Below are positions 7,917-16,805 of a DNA stretch of 32,000 bases, piece by piece. Position 1 is the stretch's first letter; each line of letters begins with the position of its first letter. The stretch is from Candidatus Kuenenia stuttgartensis (lineage in GTDB: Bacteria > Planctomycetota > Brocadiia > Brocadiales > Brocadiaceae): NCBI RefSeq assembly GCF_900232105.1, contig NZ_LT934425.1:4020001-4052000 (forward strand), given 5' to 3'. The translations under genes were made by a program, and so were the position numbers. Under the pieces are notes generated by a model that searched no databases, was not told where the DNA came from, and was given only the letters and a program-made list of their open reading frames with translations.

Positions 7917-8323
7917 TAATTATAGCATTCAGGGAATTATTTACTCTTTAAACAAAAGACCCAAATTACCTATTTTCTTTAGGTTTGTGTGTGGAGTATA
8001 AATCATTCAAAAACTTATTTCAATACCCGTTCATAATTCATACTTTCTGAGTGGCTTTGCGTGGGAAAAGAAAAAACTTTCTATTACAACTCGTTTGGGT
8101 TAGTGGATTTTAGGAGTACGGGGGATTGTTTAATTTATACTCAAGATGCTCATAAAATGTGAATTTTAAATTGATGATATGGTGGCACGGACAAACCTTG
8201 TTTGTCCGTGTTGAACTGGTACGACATTGTCTATAAATCACCAATGGTGAACCTCTTGAGTATCACTATTTCTACAAAAGTACAAAGGAATATACTCTTA
8301 AGTGCCTATGGTAACCCTTTTTG

Positions 8324-8851
8324 TTATGGCGCTGCTAATTCCTCTGCCTTTGGCAGATCCTTAATGTTTTTTAAGCCGAAATGTTCAAGAAATTTCTTTG
8401 TAGTGCCGTATAATAAAGGGTGTCCAAGAGATTCGTCCCTCCCAACTACCTTAACAAGGTCTTTTTCCATTAGTAGTCTTATGATTTGACCTGATTGAAC
8501 GCCGCGGATAGACTCAACATCAGCCCGCAATACAGGCTGTTTGTATGCAATGATTGCAAGTGTTTCCAGTGAGGCCGAAGAAAGTTTTGTTTCAGCCGAT
8601 TTTTTACGCAGTTTCGATATCCATTCGTGATACTCAGGCAGTGTGTAGAGTTGGAAGCCGCCTGCAATCTCTTCAATCTGGAATGCCCTCCCCTGCTGAT
8701 TATATTCTTGTTGCAGTAAAGTAATGGCTTCCTTTATGAGGGCGGCGTCAACATCATCGATAATGTTACATATTTTTTTGCTGGAAAGAGGTTCTTCCGC
8801 AGAAAACAGCAACGCTTCAACAATGGGTTTTATTTCTTCAATGTTTTTCAT
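8324..8851 (-). CDS. scpB: Segregation and condensation protein B
   Basis: 175 aa. The start ..IVEALLFSAEEPLS and the later ETLAIIAYKQPVLRADVESIRGV..LMEKDLV are typical ScpB winged-helix repeats. Confidence 0.85.
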   Translation of the reverse strand: MKNIEEIKPIVEALLFSAEEPLSSKKICNIIDDVDAALIKEAITLLQQEYNQQGRAFQIEEIAGGFQLYTLPEYHEWISKLRKKSAETKLSSASLETLAIIAYKQPVLRADVESIRGVQSGQIIRLLMEKDLVKVVGRDESLGHPLLYGTTKKFLEHFGLKNIKDLPKAEELAAP

Positions 8852-8888
8852 GGTGGGAAAAATATCGTATCAATTCCTGCTTAATGAC

Positions 8889-9620
8889 TCACTTGATTTG
8901 CCAGGTATATTCCTGCAATTCGATTTTGATTTTTTCGATTGCATTCTGTACCGCTTTTACTGCGGCATTTGTAGAGATGGTCGCTCCCGTGATTGCTGTA
9001 ATTTTTTCTTTATCCGCAACTTTGGAAACTACCAGTTGATTATATGTCTTATCTTTAAATTGTTCCTGAAACCATGGACGCAGTTCCGTTGCCGCTCCAT
9101 TCCCGGAATTATTGCCTTCTTTTCCCTGATGCATGTTAAATTCAGGCAATTGTTGGATTTTCCCATGGTCAACCCCTGAAGTTTTCCCGAAAAAACTCAT
9201 TAAAACGCTCAATAAAGTATCAGAGCTTTCCTTTTCTACCATTTTCGTGCCGAGGCCAGGTGTTTCCCGCTGTGAGATGATATCGATTCCGAGAATTTTT
9301 TCCAGATTTGAATCGAGCCCCACCATTACATTTATTCTGCTTGAATATCCCTGCGCTTCACCGCTTGCCGCATATCCTATCAATTCCCCTTCACCATTTA
9401 CGCCCTTGTATATTTTGTCCTGATTCTTTGTATTGGGCGGAGAAATTTCTTCCGGTGTTTCATCAATGCCGGGAAGCACCGTAAAGAGCGCCCTGGTGCG
9501 AACCTCCGACTCTTTTTCCCTTATTTTTTCTTTCGTAGTCAGGTACGTTGAGGAAACACCAATTGATGCCAGAAGGGTAACAATCGTTAGAACTACCGGG
9601 TATTGGACTTTTTTTTTCAT
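8889..9620 (-). CDS. rnfG: Rnf electron-transport complex subunit G (FMN-binding domain)
   Basis: N-terminal TM helix and an FMN_bind-type motif ITAITGATISTNAAV near the C-terminus. It lies directly after rnfD. At 243 aa it is longer than usual because of a G/N-rich insert (HQGKEGNNSGNGAA). Confidence 0.75.
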   Translation of the reverse strand: MKKKVQYPVVLTIVTLLASIGVSSTYLTTKEKIREKESEVRTRALFTVLPGIDETPEEISPPNTKNQDKIYKGVNGEGELIGYAASGEAQGYSSRINVMVGLDSNLEKILGIDIISQRETPGLGTKMVEKESSDTLLSVLMSFFGKTSGVDHGKIQQLPEFNMHQGKEGNNSGNGAATELRPWFQEQFKDKTYNQLVVSKVADKEKITAITGATISTNAAVKAVQNAIEKIKIELQEYTWQIK

Positions 9621-9623
9621 GTT

Positions 9624-10655
9624 CTATTTTTTTACTTTTGAACCATAAAGGCGTGGTTTTGTGAATCGGTCAATAAGAGGAGTCGCAGTATTCATGATCA
9701 GAATTGAATAACAAACGCCCTCGGGATAACCTGAATAAAACCGGATTAAAATAGTTAATAACCCCGCCCCAACAGAAAAAATTAACATCCCTTTTTTTGT
9801 AAGAGGAGTGGTTACCATGTCTGTCGCCATAAAAAATGCGCCCAAAAAGAGGCCTCCGGCAAATAAATGGTAAAAAGGGTTATTTGCCCATGGGGTAATT
9901 GTACGAGGAGGCAGAAAAATCGATACGACAAAAACGGTCAAAAGATACGCAACAGGCACGTACCATTTTATACATTTTTTATACAGAAGGTATAATCCCC
10001 CTGCAAGCAGCGCAATCGCGGAGGTCTCTCCAATACAACCCGGCACACTGCCAATCAACAACTGGTAAAAATTATATAATTCTGCCCCGGATTCCTTTGC
10101 AAGAGGGGTTGCCCTGGTTACCGCATCCAGAAGCAGGCCGCTTTCCCCCGTACTGGTAATGTTTTTCAATACATTCATTGCGCCCGGATCTGAAAAGAAT
10201 CGCCAATCTGAATTTACCGAAACAGGATATGCCACCTGCAAAAAAGCGCGTGCAGCAAGTGCAGGATTCCATATATTATTCCCTAAACCACCAAAAGAGT
10301 GTTTAACAACAGCGATCGCAAAAAACGATCCTACCACAGGGACATACCACGGAGCGCCTGGAGGCAATGTATAAGCAAGCAAGATGGCGGTAACAATGGC
10401 GCTGCCATCCTTAATCATTGCAAAAGCAGGCTGCTTTTTCATAAGTGAAATGACAATTTCCGTGACGAGAGCAGTAAGGCAACATAAACCAATAACAAAG
10501 AGGACATAATAACCAAAAACAAAAATGGCAGCGAATCCTGCAGGAAGTAAAGAGAGAACGACAGTCCACATGATATGAGAAATGCTGTCATTGTCTCTCA
10601 TATGAGGCGATGAACTGACGATTAAAGGAGTTACGCTCTGAGTAGTATTTGTCAT
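9624..10655 (-). CDS. rnfD: Rnf electron-transport complex subunit D (RnfD/NqrB family)
   Basis: Polytopic membrane protein carrying SSSPH, FGGLGNNIWNPALAARAFL and FFMATDMVTTP, which are characteristic of RnfD/NqrB. Confidence 0.85.
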   Translation of the reverse strand: MTNTTQSVTPLIVSSSPHMRDNDSISHIMWTVVLSLLPAGFAAIFVFGYYVLFVIGLCCLTALVTEIVISLMKKQPAFAMIKDGSAIVTAILLAYTLPPGAPWYVPVVGSFFAIAVVKHSFGGLGNNIWNPALAARAFLQVAYPVSVNSDWRFFSDPGAMNVLKNITSTGESGLLLDAVTRATPLAKESGAELYNFYQLLIGSVPGCIGETSAIALLAGGLYLLYKKCIKWYVPVAYLLTVFVVSIFLPPRTITPWANNPFYHLFAGGLFLGAFFMATDMVTTPLTKKGMLIFSVGAGLLTILIRFYSGYPEGVCYSILIMNTATPLIDRFTKPRLYGSKVKK

Positions 10656-10705
10656 AGTTTTTACTTTATGCCGATTATTTTTACGTTACACGATAGAAAC
10701 GAATG

Positions 10706-12046
10706 CTATTTCTTTGTTTTTTGTTTTGCAATAAGGGCCTTTGTAAATTTGATGTGATGCACAATAGGCCGTTTTGCAGGGCAAATATAAGTGCAACAGC
10801 CGCATTCTTTGCATTCAAGAACATTATTCTCCAACGCAAGGGAAATATTCATGGATTCCCCCATAATACTTAACTCGCTTGGGTTGAGTCCGTATGGGCA
10901 ACTGACGATGCACCGCCCGCACCGTATACATGCATGAGATTCATAGTGCGGCTGGTTTTTCAGAACAAGAATTCCACCCGTTCCCTTAATCGTCACGGCG
11001 TTATCGATGCTCCCCTGCGCAATGCCCATCATTGGACCCCCAAAGATAATCTTATTGAGGCCAACAGAGGTTCCGGTGATTTCTAATAAATCCCGGACTG
11101 GCGTTCCAATGCGGACGCGCAAATTTTGAGGTTTATTGACTCCATTCCCCGTTACCGTAATTATTCTTTCGATCAAAGGACGCTTATATTTCACCGCATT
11201 ATTGATTGCAAACGCCGTTGCAACATTTATAACGACAGCGCCTGCCTCCATGGGGAGTTGAGTGGGTTTGAATTCACGACGTAATAATGCTTTAATAAGC
11301 TGATGTTCTGCACCCTGAGGGTATTTTACTTCCAATAAATCTATTTTAATGGAAGGATCTCCAGCCAGGGTATTTTTCAATAATTCGTAGACGTCTTTTT
11401 TATTCGCTTCAATGCCGATATGCGCTTTTTTACAACCAATGCATTTCATAACAAGCCGCAATCCCTCAAGGACTTCATTTGCATTGTTACGCATAACGTA
11501 ATGATCGCAGGTAAGATATGGCTCGCATTCCGCCCCGTTCATCACGATAGTATCTATCGTTTTATCTTTTGGGGGAGTAAGTTTTACGTGTGTGGGGAAT
11601 GTTGCGCCGCCAAGTCCTACAATACCGGCGGAGAAAACCCTTTGTCTGATCTCTTCCGGGGTGATATTTTCAGTGTCCTGTTCAACGTTTAACGTCTCAG
11701 CCCATTCTTCCTCGCCGGAATTCTCGATAACTACCGCCAGAGACTTTGCACCGGCGACAGGATGCGGATATGGCGACACATCAACGACCTTGCCGCAAAC
11801 GGAAGCATGTATGTTGGAGGAAACAAAACCATGCGCCTCGCCAATTAACTGTCCGATTTTTACCTGATCCCCTTTGTTGACAATGGGTTTTGCCGGCGCG
11901 CCAATGTGTTGATTCATAAACAGATATACTTTTTTTGGAATCGGGGAGCAAATCTCACTTATTTCAGAAGTAAGCACTTTTCCATCCTCTTTGGGATGTA
12001 TCCCCCCTGCAAAAGTATTCAATTTTGATTTCATTAATGCGTACAT
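10706..12046 (-). CDS. rnfC: Rnf electron-transport complex subunit C
   Basis: Motifs found: GGIHP start region, GLGGATFPTHVKL, MNGAECEPYLTCD, and two ferredoxin-type clusters CIRCGRCIVSCP and CKECGCCTYICP. Confidence 0.9.
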   Translation of the reverse strand: MYALMKSKLNTFAGGIHPKEDGKVLTSEISEICSPIPKKVYLFMNQHIGAPAKPIVNKGDQVKIGQLIGEAHGFVSSNIHASVCGKVVDVSPYPHPVAGAKSLAVVIENSGEEEWAETLNVEQDTENITPEEIRQRVFSAGIVGLGGATFPTHVKLTPPKDKTIDTIVMNGAECEPYLTCDHYVMRNNANEVLEGLRLVMKCIGCKKAHIGIEANKKDVYELLKNTLAGDPSIKIDLLEVKYPQGAEHQLIKALLRREFKPTQLPMEAGAVVINVATAFAINNAVKYKRPLIERIITVTGNGVNKPQNLRVRIGTPVRDLLEITGTSVGLNKIIFGGPMMGIAQGSIDNAVTIKGTGGILVLKNQPHYESHACIRCGRCIVSCPYGLNPSELSIMGESMNISLALENNVLECKECGCCTYICPAKRPIVHHIKFTKALIAKQKTKK

Positions 12047-12260
12047 TTAGTACCTTATCAGTAATTTCTTTGCACTTTTTGGCAAAATATTAATTTTTTA
12101 ATCTGTGCAATCGTTCGACTGAGCTTGCGACGAAGTCTGTGTAATCTGTTGTTCCGCCTTTCGTATTATGATATGAAAAAAAGGCTCTTATAATTTAGCT
12201 TTCAATTCTGTAAAATCAAACGAGAAAATGGAAAAATCGATACTACAGATATTCTGAAGT

Positions 12261-12412
12261 AATTATTCGTAACACTTTAGTTTTTTGAAAAATTCCAATA
12301 ATCGCAATGTGGGGGCGAAGCATTTGCTTTAAATTGTCATAAATGCGTTCATACCCAAACGGGAAAATGCTTCGCCCCTACTTTTTCAAAAAACTAAAGT
12401 GTTACAATTATT
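12261..12412. repeat. MITE-like palindromic element, family A, copy 1
   Basis: The ~30-bp terminal inverted repeats are aattattcgtaacactttagttttttgaaaaa (12261-12292) and tttttcaaaaaactaaagtgttacaattatt (12383-12412). A 14-bp perfect inner stem pairs ggggcgaagcattt with aaatgcttcgcccc. Confidence 0.65.
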
Positions 12413-12444
12413 CCGAAAGGTTGCGCCGGCGTATTATCGATAAA

Positions 12445-14173
12445 TGTTAATCCTAAATCCTGCAAACGATTTTCGCAATGCGAAAATCAGTATTTTCCAC
12501 TACCAAGATTGGCAAAAAGCGATAACAGATATCCGTTTTTTAGCAATTGTGGTAGCGCTATTGTACTACTTTAAACAAAAAGACATGGGAAATTGTCGGA
12601 AACGTGCTCTCTGATGCAATGAAAATCAAGATAGGGATGTACTGTCTCCATCTGCGGTATACTTACCACTCTCAAAAGACTAAAAAAACGAAATACAACG
12701 TCGGTTTTCTACTGAAAAACTACATCCAGTGACATGCGTTCCCACTTTTCCCATTCCTCCTGATGGAGAAATTTCTCCGGCAATTTTAATGTCATCTGCC
12801 GGCTTCTCTCCACCAGTTTCCCTGCCACACGGATTAACCACAGTCTCATCGTCTTTACTTCCCACTTTTGTATCACTCCACCACTGAGCAATCCCATCCA
12901 CTTCAAAAGATTATACGCTAACACCGCACACTGAAATAGCGCAGCATTGGCCAAAAATTCACCCGTACGTATGTGCCCCGCATTCATCTGTCCTTTACTC
13001 TCTTCTATCAAAGTCTCGCAGGTAGCCCTCTTTCCATAACAACGATGCGCTTCCATCGGACTTAACCGCTCCGTTGTAACGTAACAAAAATACTCATACA
13101 CGGACACTTCTACTAATTTCTTTTCTCTTTTGACCAATTGCCGCACTGCCACAAAACGTCTCGCACGATCCCACCCTGCACATCGATACCAAAATTCAGC
13201 CTGTTCCCATCCTGGCTCCCCTTTCACCTCATTCCATTTCTGCCCTTCAAGCAATCCTTCCAGATTCTTCAGCTTTACCTTAATCAGATATCCCGCCAAT
13301 ATTGACTCAAGGTATTCAAGTAATTCTCCGGTAAAAAAACCGCTGTCTCCTCGAAATACCACCCTTACCCCCTTATTCATGTACGCCATACATTCCTTCA
13401 TGAACTCTACTACTCCGTTACTCGTGTAGGCGCTTCCACAGCGGAACCAACTATGTAATACCTCCTTTGTTTCTGCAATAAATGCCATTAAGGGATGATA
13501 CGCCTTCTGCCCCTTCTTGTGCGGATTATATCCTACCTCTGCACCCTCCTGTTTCCCATATACACCATCTACGGTAGAATCAACATCTATCCATACTTCG
13601 CAAAGAGCACTCCTGAGTTTATGGCCTGATCTCACCGCACGCTTCCATATCTTTCCCCTAAACCGGTGGATCACCCCCGTCAGTTCCACTATATCTCCCT
13701 GACTCGCCAGCTTCATAATACGTCCTATCGTAGTATCTACAGGTACCTCTTTCCACCCGGACATCTTCTTCAATACCTCATCTGTACACACCTTCATCAC
13801 CTCTACCATCGATGTCGCCCCTGCTATCAACCCTATCACTACCATTTGTACCGCATCGACAAACTGATACCGGGCATTTGCTCCACGATCCTTATGGACC
13901 GCTTCATGGACTCTCTCCCGGAACATCAGCTTACCCATAAAATTCAATACCGGTAAAAGCCCTGCATGTACCGTTAAGCCTTTCCCGCTCATCTCTGCCT
14001 TGATTTTCGGTTGTCTTTTGCTGTATTTTTTTGCTATATTCTTCATCGAAATGGTGAATCTCCTTTCAGGTGTTTTTTGTTATCAATATACCGCCGAATA
14101 CCTTGGAAATCCTACCATTTCAATCCTATTCCTGCAACAAGGCTTTGCCTTGTTTGCAGGATTTAGGTTAATA
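12445..14173 (-). mobile_element. IS1380-family insertion sequence (~1.73 kb)
   Basis: The terminal inverted repeats are ttaatcctaaatcctgcaaac (12447-12467) and gtttgcaggatttaggttaa (14152-14171), with a 16-nt perfect core and a 1-nt indel. ATAAA is a possible 5-bp target duplication (12440-12444 and 14174-14178). The element encloses a single transposase ORF. Confidence 0.7.
12709..14046 (-). CDS. IS1380-family DDE transposase
   Basis: 445 aa. N-terminal GKGLTVHAGLLPVLNF, then WIDVDSTVDGVYGKQEGAEVGYNPHKKGQKAYHPL, FRGDSGFF, YGKRATCETLIEESK and LAYNLLKW match the IS1380 family pattern. Confidence 0.85.
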   Translation of the reverse strand: MKNIAKKYSKRQPKIKAEMSGKGLTVHAGLLPVLNFMGKLMFRERVHEAVHKDRGANARYQFVDAVQMVVIGLIAGATSMVEVMKVCTDEVLKKMSGWKEVPVDTTIGRIMKLASQGDIVELTGVIHRFRGKIWKRAVRSGHKLRSALCEVWIDVDSTVDGVYGKQEGAEVGYNPHKKGQKAYHPLMAFIAETKEVLHSWFRCGSAYTSNGVVEFMKECMAYMNKGVRVVFRGDSGFFTGELLEYLESILAGYLIKVKLKNLEGLLEGQKWNEVKGEPGWEQAEFWYRCAGWDRARRFVAVRQLVKREKKLVEVSVYEYFCYVTTERLSPMEAHRCYGKRATCETLIEESKGQMNAGHIRTGEFLANAALFQCAVLAYNLLKWMGLLSGGVIQKWEVKTMRLWLIRVAGKLVERSRQMTLKLPEKFLHQEEWEKWERMSLDVVFQ

Positions 14174-14286
14174 ATAAAAGCTTGCACTTTTATGTAGGAA
14201 TACGCTTTGAGAGGAATGATATACTGCCCGGATAGGTAACTATAGAGTATGTTTATTTATTCTTATATAAACAAATCTTCCTGGCG

Positions 14287-14678
14287 GGTTCAAGTTTGCA
14301 ACTCAATGTCATTAAGTTAAGAATTATTGCAACACTTTGGTTTTAAAAAAAACGTATTACCGATAAGCTCCGTAGGAGCAACCTGTTTGTAGTAGATAGG
14401 GATACCATAACAGATATTAGCTCCGTCAGGAGCGGCCTGTCTTCCTGTCAATCATATACAGGCCGCTCCTACGGAGCTATTTACCTGTTGAATTTTATTG
14501 TGCTACAAACAGACCGCCCCTAAAGGGGCTACATTGTTTTTTATATCCCCTTGAATTTTTCAAATAACTAAGGTGTTAAGAATTATTTTATTAAAAACAA
14601 CCCCCTTTTTCCCCCTTTATTAAGGGGACTTTTCTGGCAGGTTGCTTAACTTAATGACATTGGTTTGCAACTTGAACC
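14287..14678. repeat. Nested palindromic MITE-like structure: outer inverted repeats enclosing a family-A copy
   Basis: The outer arms are ggttcaagtttgcaactcaatgtcattaagttaa (14287-14320) and ttaacttaatgacattggtttgcaacttgaacc (14646-14678). The inner family-A arms are gaattattgcaacactttggtttt (14321-14344) and caaataactaaggtgttaagaattatt (~14561-14587). The core holds direct and inverted copies of agctccgt(c)aggagcggcctgt, forming a ~20-bp hairpin at 14419-14479. Confidence 0.65.
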
Positions 14679-14887
14679 CCACGTTTTATATTGTTACTAC
14701 CTGCTGGTATGGGGGATTTAGCCATTAAATACCTGGCGCGGCCTTTGGCCGCAACCAAATTCGAAATACGAAATAAATTCAAATGACAAAAAACCCAATG
14801 CTACAAACTTTACGTAAACCTCATCTAATCAATGTCTTACGATTATGCATTTTGAAAAACTAGCATAAAAAACAAGAAGTTGATCAT

Positions 14888-15844
14888 TTAATCCGTAGCT
14901 ATTTTTTTTGTGATGGAAGCGCTTTCAACGAGATTGACAAGCCACGGCCTTAATCTTTCTCTGTATTTTTTTTCCCGTACTAATTCTTCCAACTCTTTTT
15001 TTACCGTATCAAACTTTTTGTCGCTTCCGGTTTTTCTACCGGTAATTTTTACAATGTGATAGCCGTAATTTGTATTTATAATACCGCTTAACTCACCCGG
15101 CTTGAGATGCGCAACTGATTTTCCAATATCGTCTTCCGGACTAAATGGCAACATCTTCCCATCTCTTGAAGCAGAAGCGCGGTCAATCGACTGGGCCTTT
15201 GCCATTTTCGTAATATCCGCGCCTAAACGCAGTTTCTCAAGAGCTTCTTCCGCCTCTCTTTTCGTTTTCAAAACTATCTGCTGCGCCTCGATTTTTTCTC
15301 CATAAATACTTTTATATGCCTCTTGCAAATCCTCTTCAGATACTGAAATCGTCTTCATTACAACCTTTTCAGCACGTAATTCAATCTCTGCCTCTTTTAC
15401 TAATCTCTTCGTTAATTTATCTTTAAACTCTTTAAGACTTGCACCGATCTTTTCCAGTTCCTTATCAAGATCCGCTTCGTTTTCTATTTTGTACGTTTGC
15501 AGTAAAGCGTTCACTTCGCGCTGCACAAGGGTGTTTATCTTGTTTTCTACTTCCTTAGTGGTAAGTGATATTCCATGTTTTCTTGCCTCCTGGTTTATAA
15601 GCGTTCTTCTGATAAGAACATCAAGGGCTTCATTTCCATAAGTACTCAATAAAAGTTCATATAGCTCATTGCTGGTAATCTTTTGTCCATTGACAATAGC
15701 AACAACATCCTTGTCTTCTTTTGATTCTTTACTTACAAGTACTATACTGGTTTCAGAGTTAGCTGACACACTCTGATTGTGGATACTAAAACTTCCAAAA
15801 GAAAACATTGCCGCCATAGGTAAGAAGAGGTATTTTCTATTCAT
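14888..15844 (-). CDS. Secreted peptidyl-prolyl cis-trans isomerase, parvulin type (SurA/PrsA-like)
   Basis: N-terminal signal-like segment and a SurA-N-like helical region. The C-terminal parvulin signature reads ..GELSGIINTNYGYHIVKITGRK. Confidence 0.8.
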   Translation of the reverse strand: MNRKYLFLPMAAMFSFGSFSIHNQSVSANSETSIVLVSKESKEDKDVVAIVNGQKITSNELYELLLSTYGNEALDVLIRRTLINQEARKHGISLTTKEVENKINTLVQREVNALLQTYKIENEADLDKELEKIGASLKEFKDKLTKRLVKEAEIELRAEKVVMKTISVSEEDLQEAYKSIYGEKIEAQQIVLKTKREAEEALEKLRLGADITKMAKAQSIDRASASRDGKMLPFSPEDDIGKSVAHLKPGELSGIINTNYGYHIVKITGRKTGSDKKFDTVKKELEELVREKKYRERLRPWLVNLVESASITKKIATD

Positions 15845-15945
15845 AAATATTGCCTTGTACGAGATAAAAATTATTTTTTTAGTAAAAAGTTAGAATTGAG
15901 TTAAAATTATAACACAGAGAAAATTAACGTGTCAATGCTTTTAAA

Positions 15946-16554
15946 ATGAACAAATGGGAGATGTGCAAAGTGACAGGAATTATATTGGCCGGCGGGAAAA
16001 GCACCAGGATGGGAACTAACAAGGCATTTCTTGCCTATGGAAATAAATCCTTCATCGAAATTCAAATCGATATATTAAGGCATATATTCCGGGAAATAAT
16101 TATTTCCGCAAATGACTTCTCCCTGTATGAACATTTACAATTGCCAATCGTTCCTGACGTCATGCCAGGAAAAGGTCCTCTTGGTGGTATTTGTGCGGGA
16201 CTTATTCATTCAAAGTACTCATACGCATTTGTAATCGCCTGCGATATGCCGTTTATTAATAAGGAAGTAATCGTATATATGAAGGAACTTGTCAAAGGCG
16301 ACAATTATGATGTAATTGTTCCGCATACAGTCCGCGGACCCGAACCTCTTCATGCATTTTATTCAAAAAATTGCATTCAAACCATGCAGCGATGCCTTGA
16401 AGAAGAAGACCTGCGGATGTCTGATTTCTTGCAGAAGGTAAATGTGCGGCATGTTAACGAAGAAGAACTTATTAAGTCGGGCAAAGATATAAAATCTTTT
16501 ATCAATCTCAACACCTATAGAGAATATGAAGACTATCGTTCAGAATGCAACTAA
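15946..16554 (+). CDS. mobA: Molybdenum cofactor guanylyltransferase
   Basis: TGIILAGGKSTRMGTNKAFL, ..PGKGPLGGI.. and ACDMPFI are MobA signatures. 202 aa. Confidence 0.85.
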   Translation: MNKWEMCKVTGIILAGGKSTRMGTNKAFLAYGNKSFIEIQIDILRHIFREIIISANDFSLYEHLQLPIVPDVMPGKGPLGGICAGLIHSKYSYAFVIACDMPFINKEVIVYMKELVKGDNYDVIVPHTVRGPEPLHAFYSKNCIQTMQRCLEEEDLRMSDFLQKVNVRHVNEEELIKSGKDIKSFINLNTYREYEDYRSECN

Positions 16555-16573
16555 AACATTTGTCACGGAATAA

Positions 16574-16792
16574 ATGGAAAACCAACCAGACCCGATCATA
16601 TATAATATCGGCCAATTGCTTACCATTCGTGGGGTAACGCAAAAACCAAAGACTTCCTGGCAAATGGACGATTCAGGAATCATAGAGGACGGCGCTGTTG
16701 CAATAAAGGAGGGACAGTTTTTTTACGTGTCTAACACCGAAGAAATAATGGACCGCTACGACTCCGGCACGATCAAAACCATTAATGCCTGA
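16574..16792 (+). pseudogene. Truncated N-terminal fragment of an amidohydrolase (imidazolonepropionase-like)
   Basis: The 72-aa ORF IYNIGQLLTIRG...GIIEDGAVAIKEGQFFYVSNTEEI...IKTINA* matches only the N-terminal beta-sandwich part of metal-dependent amidohydrolases. It stops just before the expected G-x-V-PG-x-D-H-H metal-binding region. Confidence 0.5.
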
Positions 16793-16805
16793 TGAAATGT
16801 GAATT

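Noticed and set aside
8186-8210. Perfect 11-bp stem / 3-nt loop hairpin (cacggacaaac ctt gtttgtccgtg) as the scpB terminator or island boundary site
   Set aside because: It lies 114 nt beyond the scpB stop with no U-tract on either strand. It could be a structural or attachment motif, but nothing else supports that.
8724-10374. Plus-strand ORFs antisense to scpB and rnfG/rnfD (8724-9179, 9133-9423, 9433-9648, 9899-10159, 10159-10374) and the minus-strand 10072-10272
   Set aside because: They overlap strongly supported Rnf/ScpB genes and have no motifs.
12680-12901. 73-aa ORF overlapping the 3' end of the IS1380 transposase gene, plus the antisense ORFs at 13130-13956
   Set aside because: They are out of frame with or antisense to a complete transposase and have no independent signal.
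14287-14310. tRNA-like T-arm resemblance (gggttcaagtttgcaac)
   Set aside because: No acceptor, D or anticodon arms can be drawn. The sequence is one arm of a 34-bp inverted repeat whose partner is at 14646-14678.
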